48,647 bases of DNA from Verrucomicrobiales bacterium (lineage in GTDB: Bacteria; Verrucomicrobiota; Verrucomicrobiia; Verrucomicrobiales; DEV007). Shown here piece by piece: positions 1 through 8,723 of this stretch. Positions within the stretch are counted from its first letter, which is position 1, and each line of letters begins with the position of its first letter. The stretch is from positions 1 through 48,647 of the forward strand of contig JBLHKE010000001.1 of assembly GCA_047619485.1 (NCBI GenBank), written 5' to 3'. Under the pieces are notes generated by a model. The model was not told the DNA's origin, did not search any database, and was given only the letters and a program-made list of their open reading frames with translations. The position numbers and the translations under genes were made by a program.

Positions 1-795
1 TCTGAAATCACCAACATGGTGCAGAGGATCGGTTCAGGTCATTTTGGCACCCGTCTGTCAACCGATCGCCACGACGAGTTCGGGGTGGTTGCCGGGAGTA
101 TCAACGCGATGGCCGAGTCCCTCCAGGAGCGCGACGCGCTCAAGGGTGCCCTGTCCCGCTATGTTTCGCGAGATGCGGCGCGCCGCTTGATCGAGGAAAA
201 GATGCTGCCGACGCTGCGCGGCGAGAAGCGCGATGTGACGGTGCTCATTGCAGACATCGCGAATCTTAACCTCGTCGCCGACCGGCTCCCGCCGGAGCAG
301 CTTGTCGAGCTGCTCAATGAGTACTTCGAGGCGATGGTGGAAATTATCTTCCACCACAGCGGCACGATTGACCGCCTGCTTGGCAACCGCCTGATTGCCG
401 TCTTCGGTGCGCCGATCAACGACGAGCACAAGGAGCGACACTCCATCAACGCCGCCATTGAGATGCGCCAAGAGCTGGCGCGCCTCAACCTGAAGTGGCA
501 ACTCGGCGGCGAGGAGAGCTTCCGCCTTGGGGTCGGGATCCACACCGGCCAATCGTTGCTCGGCAACATCGGCACCTGCGGCAATGTAGAATTTACTGTC
601 CTCGGTGACTCGGTCGACACCGCCACCTTGATCGGTAGTAAGAGTGAAGAATTTTCTACTGACACGCTCGTTTCTGAGACTACGGTCGAAAAGGTACGCG
701 ATGAGTTCAGCTTCGACGAGGTCGGGGATGTTCAGCCGCGTGGCCTCTCAGACTTCATCCGCCTCTACTCGGTGCGCCAACTCGCCCCAGCGTAG
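1..795 (+). CDS. HAMP-domain class III adenylate/guanylate cyclase (5' end outside window)
   Basis: The frame is open from base 1, so the N-terminus lies upstream of the track Met at 16. A HAMP-like linker (DEFGVVAGSINAMAESLQERD) is followed by a class III cyclase core (VTVLIADIANLN, RLIAVFGAP, GIHTGQSLLGNIG, EFTVLGDSVDTA). Confidence 0.85.
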   Translation, partial: SEITNMVQRIGSGHFGTRLSTDRHDEFGVVAGSINAMAESLQERDALKGALSRYVSRDAARRLIEEKMLPTLRGEKRDVTVLIADIANLNLVADRLPPEQLVELLNEYFEAMVEIIFHHSGTIDRLLGNRLIAVFGAPINDEHKERHSINAAIEMRQELARLNLKWQLGGEESFRLGVGIHTGQSLLGNIGTCGNVEFTVLGDSVDTATLIGSKSEEFSTDTLVSETTVEKVRDEFSFDEVGDVQPRGLSDFIRLYSVRQLAPA

Positions 796-820
796 CAGCG
801 GCCAAACCAAACAGGACTAC

Positions 821-1309
821 ATGAAACGATCGAAATTGACCATCGCGCTAGCCGTGATCGCCCTTGCTAGTTGCGACAAGCACTCTTCCGAGGAGCCCGT
901 TGCCGAACCGCAGCAAAAAGCACCTGCCAAAACTGAATCTACCTCAGAGGAGAGTCGCACCAAACCGGTGCCGCCACTCGAAGAGCCGTTTATGAAAGAC
1001 ATCGATGCCAAGCAGGCAGGTGAATTTTTCAAGCTTCAGCGGCCGTTGGTCGTGCTCGACGTGCGCACACCGGGCGAATTCGCTGCCGGCCATCTCAAGG
1101 GGGCGGTCAATCTCGATTTCAACAGTGCTGCCTTCAAAGAGGAACTCGCTGCCCTCGATCCTGAAAAAACTTACCTGATGCACTGCCAGAGCGGTGGGCG
1201 GAGCGGTAAGGCAAAAGCGGCATTCACCGAGTTGGGGTTCAAGTATCTCTACCACCTTGATGGCGGATACGCGGCATGGGAAGACGCCGGGCTACCGACA
1301 GAGAAATAG
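821..1309 (+). CDS. rhodanese-domain lipoprotein (sulfurtransferase-like)
   Basis: Track ORF 644-1309 trimmed to ATG 821. MKRSKLTIALAVIALASC is a lipoprotein signal peptide with lipobox LASC. The C-terminal rhodanese fold has the active-site loop CQSGGRSG. Confidence 0.8.
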   Translation: MKRSKLTIALAVIALASCDKHSSEEPVAEPQQKAPAKTESTSEESRTKPVPPLEEPFMKDIDAKQAGEFFKLQRPLVVLDVRTPGEFAAGHLKGAVNLDFNSAAFKEELAALDPEKTYLMHCQSGGRSGKAKAAFTELGFKYLYHLDGGYAAWEDAGLPTEK

Positions 1310-1426
1310 TTGGATATTTTTGGTTACCAGTAACTTGTGGGAAATGTAGGTTTGTCCTGATTAAATAAGGTTAAGAGGCCTGAATTATCTTATTGACTTA
1401 AAAGTTTAGCTGAGTAAAACTGCAAC

Positions 1427-1548
1427 CGCGCCAGAGGACTACCGCTGGTTTGATGGCGCATTAGACTGATTAGATCGCCACAGTTTCTGTTGTTTTCTGT
1501 GTCCTTTTCAGAATCGGGGAGCTCGTCATGAGCTCCTCGATTTTTTTT
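1427..1548 (+). ncRNA. candidate small RNA or leader (orphan promoter-terminator unit)
   Basis: A sigma70-like promoter, TTGACT (1393-1398), 16 nt, TAAAAC (1415-1420), precedes about 120 nt of non-coding sequence. That stretch holds the stem GCGCCA 1428-1433 / TGGCGC 1454-1459, a U-rich tract and a strong intrinsic terminator. No credible ORF is present. It could also be the 3' UTR of the rhodanese gene or an attenuating leader of yicC. Confidence 0.35.
1515..1548 (+). terminator. rho-independent terminator
   Basis: A 10-bp stem CGGGGAGCTC / GAGCTCCTCG (one G-U) with a 5-nt loop GTCAT is followed by A plus T8 (1541-1548). Confidence 0.8.
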
Positions 1549-1624
1549 GCCCAGATCGATCCCGAGACAGGTGACTGCTTTGGGTTTGTCAAAATTGGTA
1601 TCCCGGGTGACTACTCACGTTCTT

Positions 1625-2500
1625 ATGAAAAGCATGACTGGATTCGGCCGCGCCGAGATCGTTCTCGGCGGCCGCAAATTTCGCGCCGAGGTCGCATCGG
1701 TAAACCGCAAGCAGACCGACATCGTCGTCAACCTGCCGCGCGACCTCGCCGAACTCGAACCGCAGGTGCGTGCGCTCGTCGGTCGTGCCGTCTCGCGCGG
1801 TCGCATTAACGTCTACCTAGCCTGCGAGGTTGCCGGCGAACAGCATGGCTCACTGCAAGTCGACCACGAGCTCGCCAAGCAATACCGCGACGCCCTCGCC
1901 GATCTCAGCAAGGAGCTCGGCACGGAGTTGAGTCTCACCGGCACTGATCTGCTGCGCGCGCCGGGCGTCCTGACCGTGGCGGACACCAGCATCGAGGTCG
2001 ATGCCGCCTGGCCCGCCATCGAGAAAGTCACGCGTAAGGCGATGACCGAACTGATCAAGATGCGGCGCGCTGAGGGCAAGCACCTGCAAGACGATCTGGG
2101 CACACGCCTCTCGGCTCTGCAGGCTGAGGTCGAGGCCGTCAAGAAACTCGCCCCTAGCGTCATCGACAGTCATCGTGCCAATTTGAAACGCCGCCTCGCT
2201 GATGGCGGGCTGGAGATCGACCTCGCCGACGAGCGCATCCTCAAAGAGATCGGCCTGTTCTCCGACCGCTCGGATATCAGCGAGGAGACCACGCGCCTCG
2301 CCAGCCATTTCAAGCAGATGGCGAAATATGTGAAGAGCAAGGAGCCCGTCGGCCGCGCCATGGACTTCCTCTCTCAGGAGATGAACCGCGAGCTCAACAC
2401 CATCGGCTCTAAGGCCAACAATGCTACCATTGCGCAGCACATCGTCAACGCCAAGACCGAGCTGGAGAAGATGCGTGAACAGGTGCAGAACGTGGAATAA
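1625..2500 (+). CDS. yicC: YicC family stress-induced protein (endoribonuclease family)
   Basis: Track ORF trimmed to ATG 1625 (MKSMTGFGRAE, the typical YicC N-terminus). The C-terminus carries DISEETTRLASHFKQM and FLSQEMNRELNTIGSKAN, both YicC hallmarks. Confidence 0.9.
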   Translation: MKSMTGFGRAEIVLGGRKFRAEVASVNRKQTDIVVNLPRDLAELEPQVRALVGRAVSRGRINVYLACEVAGEQHGSLQVDHELAKQYRDALADLSKELGTELSLTGTDLLRAPGVLTVADTSIEVDAAWPAIEKVTRKAMTELIKMRRAEGKHLQDDLGTRLSALQAEVEAVKKLAPSVIDSHRANLKRRLADGGLEIDLADERILKEIGLFSDRSDISEETTRLASHFKQMAKYVKSKEPVGRAMDFLSQEMNRELNTIGSKANNATIAQHIVNAKTELEKMREQVQNVE

Positions 2501-2507
2501 TCGAACC

Positions 2508-3137
2508 ATGTCCAACTCCTCCACCCCCAGCCGCCTCGGCATCCTCTGCGTCGTCTCCGGACCATCAGGCGCCGGCAAGACCACGCTCTGTCACGCGCTG
2601 AGCGAGGCGGATCCAAACGTCGTCTACTCCGTCTCGTGTACCACCCGCAAGCCGCGCCCCGGTGAGATCGATGGCAGCGACTACCACTTTTTGAGCACCG
2701 AGAACTTCCTCGAGCGCGCTGCCGCTGGTGAGTTCCTCGAGCACGCGCCCGTGCATGATCGCCACTACGGCACGCTGCGCAGCTGGGTGACCGAGCGTTT
2801 GGAAAAAGGTCTCGACATCGTCATGGACATCGATGTCGACGGTGGCGCCCAAGTGCGTGCCAGTGACGACCCGCTGATCACCGCGGCGCGGGTCGATATC
2901 TTCGTCCGCCCGCCGGACAACGCCGAACTCGAGAACCGGCTGCGTAGCCGTGGGACCGAGAGCGAGGAGGAATTTGCGCTGCGCATGAAGAATGCGCTGG
3001 CCGAGATCGAGCACTGGCCGCGCTACCAATACCAAATCCTCAGTGGTTCGAAGGGCGAAGACTTCGCCAAGTTTCGGAGCATCATCGAGGCCGAACGCCT
3101 GCGCACCTCACGCCTGGCAGTAGGGGAGCGCGAGTGA
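2508..3137 (+). CDS. gmk: guanylate kinase
   Basis: Start at ATG 2508, 8 nt after the yicC stop. P-loop SGPSGAGKTT and the motif CTTRKPRPGEIDGSDYHF are present. Confidence 0.95.
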   Translation: MSNSSTPSRLGILCVVSGPSGAGKTTLCHALSEADPNVVYSVSCTTRKPRPGEIDGSDYHFLSTENFLERAAAGEFLEHAPVHDRHYGTLRSWVTERLEKGLDIVMDIDVDGGAQVRASDDPLITAARVDIFVRPPDNAELENRLRSRGTESEEEFALRMKNALAEIEHWPRYQYQILSGSKGEDFAKFRSIIEAERLRTSRLAVGERE

Positions 3138-3910
3138 TCCTGGGCAGCGGGTTGGACAGGCGGCGACGCCTCTGGATCGCGGCTACCTGCCTCGTCGTGG
3201 TGGTGATCGGGCTCGCCTCGCGCAGCCGCGTGATCCCGATGCCTGCATTTTTCGTCAAGTACGCCGGGGATACCCTGTGGGCGGTGCTCGTGTTTTTGCT
3301 GCTGGCCTTCCTCAGACCCCGGTTCGACGTGCTGCGGCTCGCTGGTGGCGCTCTCGTCATCGCTTTCGGGGTAGAACTCCTACAACTCTACCAGGCGCCG
3401 TGGCTCAACTCGATCCGCGATACCTTGCCGGGGCGTCTCGTCCTCGGGCAGGGCTTCCTGTTCTCGGACCTCATCTTGTACATGGTTGGCATCGGCTCCG
3501 CTGCCATCCTTTACCAGTGGATGACCGAGAAGACCTTTGCTCGCGCCAGCGTGATCTGCGCTGTGGGGTTCGCCCTCTTCATGATCATTGTCGTGATCGC
3601 GTGCAACGTCGGACATGGACAGCAGCTGTTCAGCATGATGGACCAGGTCCCCGGGAGGGACAAGACTGGCCACTTCGTGCTGATGGGGATGCTCTCGTTC
3701 CTGCTGGTGATCATGCTCGTCCCGAGGATGAAATCGGATCGGCCGAAAGCGGCGCTGATCGTCATGGCCGTGGTGGCACTGGTGATCACCTTAGAGGAAG
3801 GTTCACAGTACTTCATCAGCTCACGCACCTTCTCCCTCGCAGACCTGGGCTGCAGCCTAGCCGGTGTGATCGCTTTCGGGGCGATCGCTTACGTGTTCGT
3901 CAGGAAATAG
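3134..3910 (+). CDS. polytopic membrane protein, DUF2809-like N-half fused to VanZ-like C-half
   Basis: The GTG start overlaps the gmk TGA (GTGA). The N-half (YAGDTLWAVLVFLLLAFL) resembles DUF2809. The C-half (DKTGHFVLMGMLSFLL ... EEGSQYFISSRTFSLADLGCSLAG) resembles the VanZ family. The protein is hydrophobic throughout. Confidence 0.7.
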   Translation: MILGSGLDRRRRLWIAATCLVVVVIGLASRSRVIPMPAFFVKYAGDTLWAVLVFLLLAFLRPRFDVLRLAGGALVIAFGVELLQLYQAPWLNSIRDTLPGRLVLGQGFLFSDLILYMVGIGSAAILYQWMTEKTFARASVICAVGFALFMIIVVIACNVGHGQQLFSMMDQVPGRDKTGHFVLMGMLSFLLVIMLVPRMKSDRPKAALIVMAVVALVITLEEGSQYFISSRTFSLADLGCSLAGVIAFGAIAYVFVRK

Positions 3911-3911
3911 C

Positions 3912-4616
3912 CTACCACTTCGCGTCCGGCGCGAGCAGCTTGGCCTCGTCTAGTGGGATTGGCAGGAGCAAGAACTTGCTGCTGTAGCGGCCGCGGTTGT
4001 GTTGCTGGCAGCAGGTGTAGCAGGAGGAGTGGCGCGCGAGCTTCTTGACGCGTGGCACGACCACCCCGCAGCTGCGGCACTGGTAGGCGAGCTTGCGCTT
4101 CATGCGGCGGCGCTCGATCGGCAGGTCGTGGCAGCGTTTCTCGCCCGGGATGCCAAGGTCAGCACAGGCCTGCTGCCACTGGCGACCGTGGGCCTGGATG
4201 CGGCGGTTGCCGACGCGGAATTGTGCCACCAGGTGGGCCAGCTCGTGGCGCATCGTGCGATCCGGCTCCTCGGGCTGGAACTCGCGCAGCTTCGGGTTGA
4301 GGTCGATGGTCGCGTCGTTGTAGTGCGCGAGGCCCGCTGTGGTGGTGAGCCGCGAGTGCCAGAAGACGCGCACATGCTTGCCCAGCTCTTCCAAGCCTAA
4401 CATTGCCACCAATTCGCGGCACTGCTGGGTGAGCACGACGTCCAGCACCCGCCCGCGGATCACTGGGAAGGATTGTTTGGCGGCGGGCTTCTGGCTGGGC
4501 TGGTGGGCTCCTCTGGGGGCGTGGGTCGGGCTGTCCGTCTCGGGCTTCTTCTCTGGAGTGGCCGTCTTTAACAGCTTCGCAAAGTCGAAAAACAGCTGCT
4601 TTCGGGCGTCTGGCAT
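3912..4616 (-). CDS. SprT-like zinc metalloprotease domain protein
   Basis: An HELAHL zinc motif is followed by a Cys-rich ribbon (CRSCG ... CYTCC). The N-terminal 70 aa are basic and low-complexity. Confidence 0.8.
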   Translation of the reverse strand: MPDARKQLFFDFAKLLKTATPEKKPETDSPTHAPRGAHQPSQKPAAKQSFPVIRGRVLDVVLTQQCRELVAMLGLEELGKHVRVFWHSRLTTTAGLAHYNDATIDLNPKLREFQPEEPDRTMRHELAHLVAQFRVGNRRIQAHGRQWQQACADLGIPGEKRCHDLPIERRRMKRKLAYQCRSCGVVVPRVKKLARHSSCYTCCQQHNRGRYSSKFLLLPIPLDEAKLLAPDAKW

Positions 4617-4670
4617 GTGCTTTCGGTTGGCGTTGGCGATGTTGGTTTCATCAAATCTCTTCCTGGGTAT

Positions 4671-5612
4671 TCAGCGGCTGGCGGCCTGCGCCTTGCTCTC
4701 CTGATCATTGCGGAACGCTGCCTTGTTGAGCAACTTCGACTGGTCGAAGCCCTCGATCGCCAACAGGCTGTCGGGTGGGATGCTCTCCATGAGGAAGACG
4801 TTCGCACCGACGGTGCTGCGTGCCCCAATCACTGTGGCGCCGCCAAGGATGGTGGCGTTCGGGTAGATGATCGCGCCGTCCTCGACGCTGGGGTGACGTT
4901 TGTGCTCGGTGCCTTTCACGAGGTTGCCCTCCTCGTCTTTCTGGAAGCTGCGCGCGCCGAGTGTGACTCCGTGGTAGAGCTTCACATGATCGCCGATGAT
5001 GCAGGTCTCGCCGACCACGACGCCGGTGCCGTGGTCGATGAAGAAGTGGCTGCCGATCTGAGCTCCCGGGTGGATGTCGATGCCGGTCTTCTCGTGCGCC
5101 CACTCGGTCATCATGCGCGGGATCAGCGGCAGGTCTTCGCGGTAGAGAACGTGCGCCATGCGCTGGATGGCGATCGCCTCGATGCACGGGTAGGAGAGGA
5201 TGATCTCCTCGAAACTGCGCGCGGCCGGATCGCCCTCGTAGGCGGCCTCGACGTCGGTTCTGAGGAGCCGCCGCACGGTCGGCAGCTCGCGCAAGAACGC
5301 ACACACGACCCGCTCTGCCTCCTCGGAGTGATCCTGCGCGTCCTGGGCGCGCAGTTTCAAGCTGCGGGCGACCTCGTGCTTCAGTTGCGACACGACTTTG
5401 GCGACGCGCTCGGTGGTGAGCAACTCGAGCTCCTCGGAACGCACCGCCTCGGAATCGAGGAAGCCGGGGAAAGCGAGTTGCAACAAGTCCTGGCACGCCA
5501 GTTCGATGGCGCGTTTCGACGGCAGGTTCGAGCAGTCGATGTGGTTGATCCCCCCGACATCGCAGTAAGAAGCCATCAGGCTGGCGACGATGTCTTTTAT
5601 TTCACAATCCAT
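4671..5612 (-). CDS. cysE: serine O-acetyltransferase (long form)
   Basis: Left-handed beta-helix hexapeptide repeats (HPGAQIGSHFFIDHGTGVVVGETCIIGDHVKLYHGVTLG) follow an N-terminal SAT helical domain. Confidence 0.9.
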   Translation of the reverse strand: MDCEIKDIVASLMASYCDVGGINHIDCSNLPSKRAIELACQDLLQLAFPGFLDSEAVRSEELELLTTERVAKVVSQLKHEVARSLKLRAQDAQDHSEEAERVVCAFLRELPTVRRLLRTDVEAAYEGDPAARSFEEIILSYPCIEAIAIQRMAHVLYREDLPLIPRMMTEWAHEKTGIDIHPGAQIGSHFFIDHGTGVVVGETCIIGDHVKLYHGVTLGARSFQKDEEGNLVKGTEHKRHPSVEDGAIIYPNATILGGATVIGARSTVGANVFLMESIPPDSLLAIEGFDQSKLLNKAAFRNDQESKAQAASR

Positions 5613-5767
5613 GCAGTTCTGAAAATTCGGTATCGCGCTTAGGTCGAGCCGTAATTTTCACTATGTCGAGAAGTTTTGGGGTGCCAAACGATTTCTGGAA
5701 TCAGTGGAGTGGTGGCGCGGCATGTATTTTGAATAGAGGAGACGTTGTCGTGGTCTAATCTATCCGT

Positions 5768-6913
5768 ATGGAAACCCGCTCGGTGTGCTCGATTTTGTTT
5801 TTGTTGCTAGTTTGGATACCGATCTTGGTCGGTCGAGATCTGCCGAGTGCAGAAGTCTTGGAGGATCGCCTAGCCAAGATTCTCGCTGATGCTGAGGTCG
5901 AGCAGAGGGCGGCACTACAGACTCTGGATGATCAATTCCTGCGCCGGCTGGAGGTGCTGCGGGCGGGGTTCGAAAAGACCGGCGATGAGAATGCGGTCAA
6001 TGCTGTAAGGTTGATGCAGAAGGCAATCGCTGGCGATGCACCGGCAGCTCCAGGCGGAACCTGGCCGGCGGGCGTGGAGGAGGCGCAGAGAATCTACGAT
6101 GAGACGAGGACGAGTCTGATACGCTCGGGCGAACACAAGGCGCTGGTGCTCCGTGGCGCGCTGGTCAGAAGGCTGGAGATTATCGGGGCTGAGTTCACGG
6201 CGAAGGGCGAAGTCCAGCAAGCTTGGAGGGTGCAGCGGCGGATCCAATTGTATGCCCTGAATGACGAGGAGCTGAACGCAGCTGGAATCGGGAGGGTGAA
6301 GTTTTTCGGCGCGGAAGTCGATGTGGCCCGCGTGGTGTTCATCGTCGATTTCTCGGGTTCGATGAGTCAGGGCCTCCGCTTGCCGATGTTGAAAAAGGAA
6401 CTCGATCAGGCATTGCGGACGCTGCCGCCGCGCGTGTCTTACAATGTGATCTACTACTCGCACCGCCCATGGCTTAGTGGCGAAAATGTCGGCAGTGCCC
6501 CGTTCCGGGATGCGTCGGATGATCGGGATCGCCTCCCCTGGCGGGTGGCCAACGCAGCGAATGTGAAACAGAGCCGGGAGCAACTCGCCAACATGCAAAT
6601 CGGTGGTGCGACCAACTGGATTCCGCCACTGCGCCTCGCGCTCGCGATGGCGCCCGTTCCAGAAGCGATCTGCCTCATCACCGACGGCGAAGCGTCAGAC
6701 GCGGAGGAACTCTTGCTCGAGCTGGGCACGCTCAACCCAGACCAGGTGCCGATCCACACCTGCGCCATGGAAGTCGGCGGACCTGTTTTTAAATTGATCA
6801 TCAAGCTTGCCGAAAAGACCGGGGGCAAATTTTCGATCGTACACGGAGGGGTGCTCCACGTCGGCGAGAAGGCACGACGGTTCACGGGCGAAGAGTTCGC
6901 GCCGGAGAAGTGA
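5768..6913 (+). CDS. secreted von Willebrand factor A domain protein
   Basis: An N-terminal signal/anchor (SILFLLLVWIPILVG) and a helical region precede a VWA domain with the MIDAS motif in VVFIVDFSGSMS. Confidence 0.8.
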   Translation: METRSVCSILFLLLVWIPILVGRDLPSAEVLEDRLAKILADAEVEQRAALQTLDDQFLRRLEVLRAGFEKTGDENAVNAVRLMQKAIAGDAPAAPGGTWPAGVEEAQRIYDETRTSLIRSGEHKALVLRGALVRRLEIIGAEFTAKGEVQQAWRVQRRIQLYALNDEELNAAGIGRVKFFGAEVDVARVVFIVDFSGSMSQGLRLPMLKKELDQALRTLPPRVSYNVIYYSHRPWLSGENVGSAPFRDASDDRDRLPWRVANAANVKQSREQLANMQIGGATNWIPPLRLALAMAPVPEAICLITDGEASDAEELLLELGTLNPDQVPIHTCAMEVGGPVFKLIIKLAEKTGGKFSIVHGGVLHVGEKARRFTGEEFAPEK

Positions 6914-6978
6914 GGGGACAGACCAACCCGCAGGCGAGCTAGGGATTGTCTTGGCCAAGCGAGCAGCTAGTCCCTTGC

Positions 6979-7878
6979 ATGGAGCTCTTCTACCTGATTT
7001 CGATCCTCGTTGCGCCTGGCCTCCTCATGGCAGTGCCCGCCGTATCTCAGGGGCGCGGCTTTCTGGGCTATCTCCACGCGGCCGTGGTTGCCACGATGGG
7101 CATCACTTTCCCGCTGTTCACCTTTGTGATGAGCTCGCTCCTGCTCCCGGATTGGAAAGGGGATTCCGCGTTCGGCTGGCTCGGTTGTTTCCACGCCGGA
7201 AAGATTGCCTTGCTGCCGCTGGTGCTGTGGGCATGTGTTGCATTCTACGCGCTGGCCGTTCTCAAAACCCCGAACCGGACGCAGCCTTGGATCGTCTTGG
7301 GGATCGTCACCGGAGCGACCATTGCTAGCCTATGTACGATGATCGGTGCCCTGATCCATCTAGGAGGTGGCCTTGGGCTGGGTTTCTTCTTATTTGTTCC
7401 CCTCTACCTGTCACAATGGCTCATTTGGCTGTCAATCAACCTAGTGCGCGAGGCGAGGATTTCCCCGTGCACCTACCTCATCAATCTAGCCGCCTCGTCT
7501 CCGTTCTGGTTGGTCACCGTCTACTGGACGCGCGATGCTTACGAGAAATTACCCGACCAAGCACCTCAGAACTGCTTCGTTGTGACCGCCGCCTCGCGTG
7601 GCACACCTTGGTTGGTAGGGCCGATGGAGGAGGTCGAACGCTCTGGTGGAATCCGCCAGGTGAACCAGCAACTGGTTCGGTTCTGGCGCCTCGAGGAGTG
7701 CTGGTCCGCCCGATCGCCGGGCAGCCACCACTGTTTTCGGGCCATCTACAATCGCATCGGCCCACGGTTGGCCGCTCGGATTAGACACCCGCAGGCAGCC
7801 GATCTGGCCTATTTGATGTTGAAGCCGCTCGAGTGGCTCGCTGCGATGGCCACGTGGTCAGCACGGCGGAACCGGTGA
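6979..7878 (+). CDS. polytopic membrane protein with Cys-rich cytoplasmic C-terminal domain
   Basis: About 6 hydrophobic segments are followed by CFVVTAASRGTPW ... LVRFWRLEECW ... CFRAIYNRIGPRLAARI. ATG 6979 is preferred over the track TTG at 6946. Confidence 0.7.
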   Translation: MELFYLISILVAPGLLMAVPAVSQGRGFLGYLHAAVVATMGITFPLFTFVMSSLLLPDWKGDSAFGWLGCFHAGKIALLPLVLWACVAFYALAVLKTPNRTQPWIVLGIVTGATIASLCTMIGALIHLGGGLGLGFFLFVPLYLSQWLIWLSINLVREARISPCTYLINLAASSPFWLVTVYWTRDAYEKLPDQAPQNCFVVTAASRGTPWLVGPMEEVERSGGIRQVNQQLVRFWRLEECWSARSPGSHHCFRAIYNRIGPRLAARIRHPQAADLAYLMLKPLEWLAAMATWSARRNR

Positions 7879-7993
7879 GGCCTCCAGGTCAAAAATCTGC
7901 GTCAATTTGCGATTTAAACCCAAAGCATCGCGGTGAGCCCAGCGTTGACAGTCCCGCGCGATGCCGCTTTAGTCTTCCGAACTGCCAACAAAG

Positions 7994-8473
7994 ATGAAAT
8001 TTCGCCAAATCCTTCTCGCCCTCGCCTCCCTGCCGCTGCTCTTTTTAGTCGCCTGCTCTAGCTCCCCCAAAGGCGACACGGTGATGAAGCGCCCGGACTA
8101 CTTCTACTTAGACCCGAGCGTCCGCGTGCAAAGCGCTGACGAAATGGTGAATTTCGAGAGCCGCCACCTCCTCTACGGTGCCGTCTCCAAGGAGGAGCGC
8201 CGCACGCGCGAGGGCCACTACTACTCTTTCCCGTGGACCACGACGGACAAGACCTCCGAGGCCTCGCTGTTGTTCGAATACCGCCAGCAAAATACCGGTG
8301 CCGAAGTCCACGCGCTGCGCGTCCCAATCGAGCGCGTGCGCCGCAAGAATGTCACCGAGGTCGAGATCGTCGGTGAGCCCTTCCAGCTGAACGGGAAAGT
8401 TACCGCCTGGCGCGCGACCATCGAGCGCAACGGTAGCTCGGTCACCAGTAAGCAGTCCTATCTCTGGGAGTAG
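7994..8473 (+). CDS. lipoprotein, unknown function
   Basis: Signal peptide with lipobox (LLFLVACSSS). A sigma70-like TTGACA at 7945-7950 lies upstream. I recognise no family. Confidence 0.7.
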   Translation: MKFRQILLALASLPLLFLVACSSSPKGDTVMKRPDYFYLDPSVRVQSADEMVNFESRHLLYGAVSKEERRTREGHYYSFPWTTTDKTSEASLLFEYRQQNTGAEVHALRVPIERVRRKNVTEVEIVGEPFQLNGKVTAWRATIERNGSSVTSKQSYLWE

Positions 8474-8723
8474 AGCTCGCACCATTCCACCGGCACATGC
8501 ATTGGCACCGGGCGGGTCGGGCGATCCATTGATCTGCCCTGCGTGCAGATCTCTAGGTCACGCACCTTGCCGTGAGCATTTCGGAGATCCGAAATGGTGG
8601 TTGCGATCGGCTTCTCCAGAGATCCAGTTGGTTTCAACGATCACGAACCCGCTCCTGCCATGTCCCGAAAATCACGCTTGAGGAGTCGATCGGGTGTTGC
8701 GTTCTGGGTTTGATTGAAGCAGC

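Noticed and set aside
4617-5642. A 341-aa ORF on the plus strand covers the whole cysE gene. Similar long antisense ORFs occur at 1850-2584, 8634-9404, 11685-12551 and 29020-29817.
   Set aside because: These are shadow frames typical of GC3-rich genes. Their translations are Arg/Ala/Gly/Leu-rich with no recognisable motifs, while the opposite strand encodes clear family members.
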